A DNA stretch of 64,000 nucleotides from Trueperaceae bacterium (GTDB taxonomy: Bacteria; Deinococcota; Deinococci; Deinococcales; Trueperaceae): contig OZ243956.1 of NCBI GenBank assembly GCA_965214405.1, forward strand, positions 288,001 through 352,000, written 5' to 3'. Below the pieces are notes generated by a model, which made no database searches, was not told where the DNA came from, and saw only the letters and a list, made by a program, of their open reading frames with translations. Shown here piece after piece: positions 58,239-64,000 of this stretch (positions are counted from its first letter, which is position 1; every line of letters starts with the position of its first letter). The translations under genes and the position numbers were made by a program.

Positions 58239-60272
58239 ATGTCACGAACGTCACAACAAGAATCGCAACAAGACCTCCAACAAGACCTTCAAGACCTTCA
58301 ACAAGAAGGTGCGAGAGCGCACGCGGGTTATAAACCCATCGCGGACTACGGGGCCATCGGCAACTTGCGCACTGTGGCGCTCGTGGGGCTCGACGGCTCA
58401 ATCGACTGGTGCTGCTTGCCGAATCTGGACGCGCCGAGCGTATTTGGCGCGATTCTGGACGTTCACAAGGGCGGGCGCTTTCGCGTGAGCCCGGTAAAGT
58501 ATAAAAGGAGTACGCAGCGGTATCTGGACAACACCAACGTGCTCGAGACCTGCTTCACCTCCTCAGAGTCAGAAGACGAGGCCGGGACCCTCACGCTCAC
58601 CGACTTTATGCCCCTGCGGGGCTCCATTGTCGGCGCGGGCAACCCGGACACCTCGCCGACGCTTCTAAGGCTGCTTGAATGTAAAGAGGGTGAAGTTGAG
58701 GTGGCGCTCGAGTGGTCGCCGCGCTTTGACTATGCGAGGGCGAACACCTTTATCGAGAGAACTGAAAAGGGCGCGCTCGCTCGAGCGGGTGACGAAACCA
58801 ACAGCGAGGTGATGGTGCTGGCGGGTCTGCCCGACACGGTGAGCGAGGTTGCCGTTACCGACGACGGACACGGCCCCGTCTTCCGCGCCCGCTTTACCTT
58901 GCGCGCGGGCGAGCGCGTGGCGCTCGAGAACCACTACGGGGTGACGGAGGTGGAAACCGACCTTGGTGAGTGTGGCGCCCTGCTCCAAGAAACGGTCGCG
59001 GCCTGGCGCGGCTGGGTTCACTCCTGCTCGGATAATCCCGGCGGCTGCGCCTTTGGCGGCCCCTGGCACGACCTCCTCATCCGTTCAGGCCTCGTCTTGA
59101 AACTTTTGACGCACCCCGACACGGGCGCGATTGCCGCCGCGCCCACCACGTCGCTACCCGAAGACGTCGGCGGGGTGCGCAACTGGGATTACCGGTTCTC
59201 CTGGATACGCGACGCCGCCTTTACCGCGCAGGCGCTTTTTTCACTCGGGCACCACGCGGAAGCGCTCGATTTCGTTCACTTCGTCCAGCGCGCGGCGAAA
59301 GCGGGGGGCGGCCATCCTTTACAGCTTCAGATTATGTACGGCCTTCACGGCGAAACCGACCTCACCGAAGAGACGCTGCCGCACTTGGCGGGCTACCGCG
59401 GCTCGCGCCCGGTGCGTATCGGCAACGGCGCGGCAAAACAGCAGCAGCACGATATTTACGGCGAGCTGCTCGGCTCGGCCTACGAGCTTGTGAGGCTGGG
59501 CGGAAAGCTCGAGCCCGACCTCATGGCCTTTTTGGGCGCGGTGGCGACCGAGGCGTGCCGGGTCTGGCGCGAACCCGACGCCGGAATTTGGGAGGTGCGG
59601 GGCGGGCCGCAGCATTTCGTCTATTCCAAGGTGATGGTCTGGGTGGCGCTCGACCGCGCGGTGCATATGGCGGAGCAGCACGGTTTGCCCGGCCCCGTCG
59701 AGACCTGGAAAGAAACGCGCGAGGCGGTGCGCGAGGCGGTCCTGGAGGAGGGCTACGACCCGGAGGTGGGCGCGTTCGTGCAGGCGTTCGGCTCCAAGGC
59801 GCTGGACGCGGCCAATCTGCTCATTCCGGTGGTCGAGTTTTTGCCCTTCGACGACCCCCGCGTGCAGGGCACCATCGACCGGACCCTGGAGCGGCTTACG
59901 CATAACGGCGTCGTCCACCGCTACCTCACCAGCCACACCGACGACGGGCTCGAGGGCGGCGAGGGCGGCTTCGGCCTCACCACCTTTTGGTTGGTCGACG
60001 CGCTCGCGCTTTCCGGGCGTCTGGACGAGGCGCACTCTCTCTTTGAAGGCATGGTGAAACGCGCCAACCACCTGGGCCTCTACGCCGAAGAGTTCGACCC
60101 CCACACGGGCGCGTTTTTGGGCAACTTTCCGCAGGGGTTTTCGCACATCGGCTTTGTCAACAGCGCGCTCTATTTAGCCAGGGCCGAAGGAAGGCGCGCG
60201 CCCGCGCCCGCGCCGGTGGGGTCGCTCGAGCACGGGGCCGAGGCGGGCCGCGACACAGGGGCGAAAATGTGA
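58239..60272 (+). CDS. Glycoside hydrolase family 15 (trehalase/glucoamylase-like)
   Basis: IADYGAIGN, AAPTTSLPE..GGVRNWDYRFSWIRD, GIWEVRG, GNFPQGFSH. Confidence 0.92.
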   Translation: MSRTSQQESQQDLQQDLQDLQQEGARAHAGYKPIADYGAIGNLRTVALVGLDGSIDWCCLPNLDAPSVFGAILDVHKGGRFRVSPVKYKRSTQRYLDNTNVLETCFTSSESEDEAGTLTLTDFMPLRGSIVGAGNPDTSPTLLRLLECKEGEVEVALEWSPRFDYARANTFIERTEKGALARAGDETNSEVMVLAGLPDTVSEVAVTDDGHGPVFRARFTLRAGERVALENHYGVTEVETDLGECGALLQETVAAWRGWVHSCSDNPGGCAFGGPWHDLLIRSGLVLKLLTHPDTGAIAAAPTTSLPEDVGGVRNWDYRFSWIRDAAFTAQALFSLGHHAEALDFVHFVQRAAKAGGGHPLQLQIMYGLHGETDLTEETLPHLAGYRGSRPVRIGNGAAKQQQHDIYGELLGSAYELVRLGGKLEPDLMAFLGAVATEACRVWREPDAGIWEVRGGPQHFVYSKVMVWVALDRAVHMAEQHGLPGPVETWKETREAVREAVLEEGYDPEVGAFVQAFGSKALDAANLLIPVVEFLPFDDPRVQGTIDRTLERLTHNGVVHRYLTSHTDDGLEGGEGGFGLTTFWLVDALALSGRLDEAHSLFEGMVKRANHLGLYAEEFDPHTGAFLGNFPQGFSHIGFVNSALYLARAEGRRAPAPAPVGSLEHGAEAGRDTGAKM

Positions 60273-60506
60273 GGGTGAGGGTTTATTCACATGTCGGACT
60301 GCGCCAAAAACCCGGCCACGGCAGGACCTCAACTCGAGCGAGCTTTGGCTCACGCCTCGCAGTTTGAACCACAATTAAAGGGATACTGGATTACTCTTAC
60401 TACAGGTGAAAACACACGAGGGTAGAGCGCTGCCCCCAAACGTGACCAAAGCCAGTATGTATAATGAGCCATGCGAAATCCACTTCCGAACTATCTTGGG
60501 GGATCC

Positions 60507-61613
60507 ATGAAACGTGCTGCTACTGTTACAACCATCTTTTGCCTTTTGCTGCTCGCCGCCTGCGGCGCGCCGCCCTTGGACCGGCAACTCGCGGGCGCGC
60601 AAAACGAGCTGCAAGACGCGCGCGCGGAGCTTAACCAGGTCGAGCGGGAGCTCATCGAGGCGCAGACCGAGGCCTCCGACCTCCGCATACAGATTGCGAC
60701 CCTGAGTAGCGCCAGCGACGCGCTGCCCCAGGCGGGCGCAGAAATCGATCTGCTCCGCACCCGCTTGGCCGAGTTGGAAGCCCAGGCGAACGCGCTCGTC
60801 AACCAGCAAACCGACCTTACCGGGGCGCTCGAGGCGGCGCAGGCCGAGGTGGTCGACTTGCGCGGCACGATTGCCGACATTAGAGAAGAGCGCGCCCAAC
60901 TGCTCGACGAACTCGCCGACCGCGACGCGCAGCTCGCCGTCACCAGAGAGCGCCTAAGGCGCTTTGACGGCCTCAACTTAGAATCACTTAACGCAACGCG
61001 CCTCGAGCTCGAGGCCGCCCGCACCCGCGCCGCGACCCTGGAGGCCGCCAACAGCGACTTGCAGAACGTCCAGGACAACCTCCGCCGCGGCCTCAACGAC
61101 GCCGAGGCGACCATCAGCAATACGCAGGCGGAGATCGCCGCGTTGCGCGCGCAGCAGTCGACGCTCGAGGCCCAGCTCGTCGAGGCGCGCAACACCATCG
61201 AAACCGCGCCCTCCCAAGAGCGGCTCGAGGCCGCGGTCCAGGCGAACCAGACCGCCGAAGCGCGCGCCGCCGCCCTCGAAGCGGAACTCAGCGACAGGCC
61301 GACCACCGCCGACGTCGCCGCCCTAAATACCCAGTTGGGCACCCAGCCCACCGCGAGCGAACTCGAGGCGCTCCGCGAGTCCCGCGACGTCGCCATCCGG
61401 CAAGCGCGCATCCTCCAAGGGCAACTCCAAACGGTGCAAGCGAGATTGGCGGCGCTCCAGTCCAGTGAGCAAACGGGCGGCGCGACGGGCGCTTCCGCCG
61501 TCGTCATCGCGCCAGACGCCACCGCCTCTACCGAAGTGCAAAGGCAACTCCAGGAGGCCCAGGCGCGCATCGCCGAGCTCGAGGCGCAGCTCAGCGGCAG
61601 CGGCGGTCAGTAA
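60507..61613 (+). CDS. Long coiled-coil lipoprotein of unknown function (alternative start 60471)
   Basis: MKR + hydrophobic stretch + LAAC lipobox; heptad-rich Ala/Leu/Glu/Gln sequence. Confidence 0.75.
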   Translation: MKRAATVTTIFCLLLLAACGAPPLDRQLAGAQNELQDARAELNQVERELIEAQTEASDLRIQIATLSSASDALPQAGAEIDLLRTRLAELEAQANALVNQQTDLTGALEAAQAEVVDLRGTIADIREERAQLLDELADRDAQLAVTRERLRRFDGLNLESLNATRLELEAARTRAATLEAANSDLQNVQDNLRRGLNDAEATISNTQAEIAALRAQQSTLEAQLVEARNTIETAPSQERLEAAVQANQTAEARAAALEAELSDRPTTADVAALNTQLGTQPTASELEALRESRDVAIRQARILQGQLQTVQARLAALQSSEQTGGATGASAVVIAPDATASTEVQRQLQEAQARIAELEAQLSGSGGQ

Positions 61614-61640
61614 CGCGCGAAGCCACCCAAAAAAGCGCAG

Positions 61641-61671
61641 AAGCACCTGGCTTTGAGTCAGGTGCTTTTTT
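61641..61671 (+). terminator. Intrinsic terminator
   Basis: AAGCACCTGGCT-TTG-AGTCAGGTGCTT followed by a T run. Confidence 0.75.
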
Positions 61672-62016
61672 AGTTCATCTTTATCCCGCCCCACGTTCAC
61701 CTTGCATGTTGCCCGCTCCGCAAAGGATAAAGCCTTTCCATTTTTCACGCGGCACTCAGCACCCGGTACTCTTTCACCCTCACTCCCCCAGCCAATTCAT
61801 ACACACAGCCCAAGTAAGAATCTTGTAAGACTTCGCCAGCTAGGATGTTTTTCGGATACAGGAGTCCCCTACTCCTCATCCCATTTCTCCCCCTAAGACC
61901 CTGCGCCTCCCACGCAGGGTCGATTTTTTGGCTCGAGCCTTACGCCTCAACCCAGCCCCCGCTCGAGCGCGAACCTCCTTGTGCTCGCATCAAAGTGTGC
62001 CGTTATACTGGAGGTC

Positions 62017-64000
<1,984 letters not shown>

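Overview
GC-rich, densely coding bacterial chromosome segment, most likely Deinococcota (Truepera-like). This is inferred from gene content and from many TANNNT-N5-7-ATG leaderless starts, not from a database search. Gene content: telA-family gene (cut at the left edge), birA-smc, dnaJ-hspR, a TetR/SDR/AhpD/mandelate-racemase-like cluster, an argG-GNAT-TA-argH-GNAT-rnhA region, a large peptidoglycan/amino-sugar recycling cluster (nagA, GlcNAc kinase, nagZ, ABC importer, NlpC/P60, anmK, AmiE-like hydrolase, GntR, murQ, SIS deaminase), deoC with an ALDH16-like dehydrogenase, dusA, GH15 and glgE (cut at the right edge). There are three ISKra4-like insertion sequences, two of them apparently identical, and three PIN-type toxin-antitoxin loci sitting inside metabolic operons. 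The most notable unannotated signals are: (1) a leaderless Arg-rich leader peptide (MSHPLPTRARRR) with a competing terminator upstream of argG, i.e. a candidate arginine-sensing attenuator, combined with ARG-box-like operators; (2) a roughly 140-nt highly structured intergenic RNA candidate at 34.2-34.35 kb; (3) three tandem paralogous antitoxin-like genes in front of one PIN toxin; (4) about 10-fold over-representation of the palindrome CTCGAG, absent from the IS elements; (5) a conserved +1-phase T4-5C6 recoding site in two divergent IS transposases. No rRNA, tRNA or CRISPR array was seen. All calls come from reading the sequence by eye.
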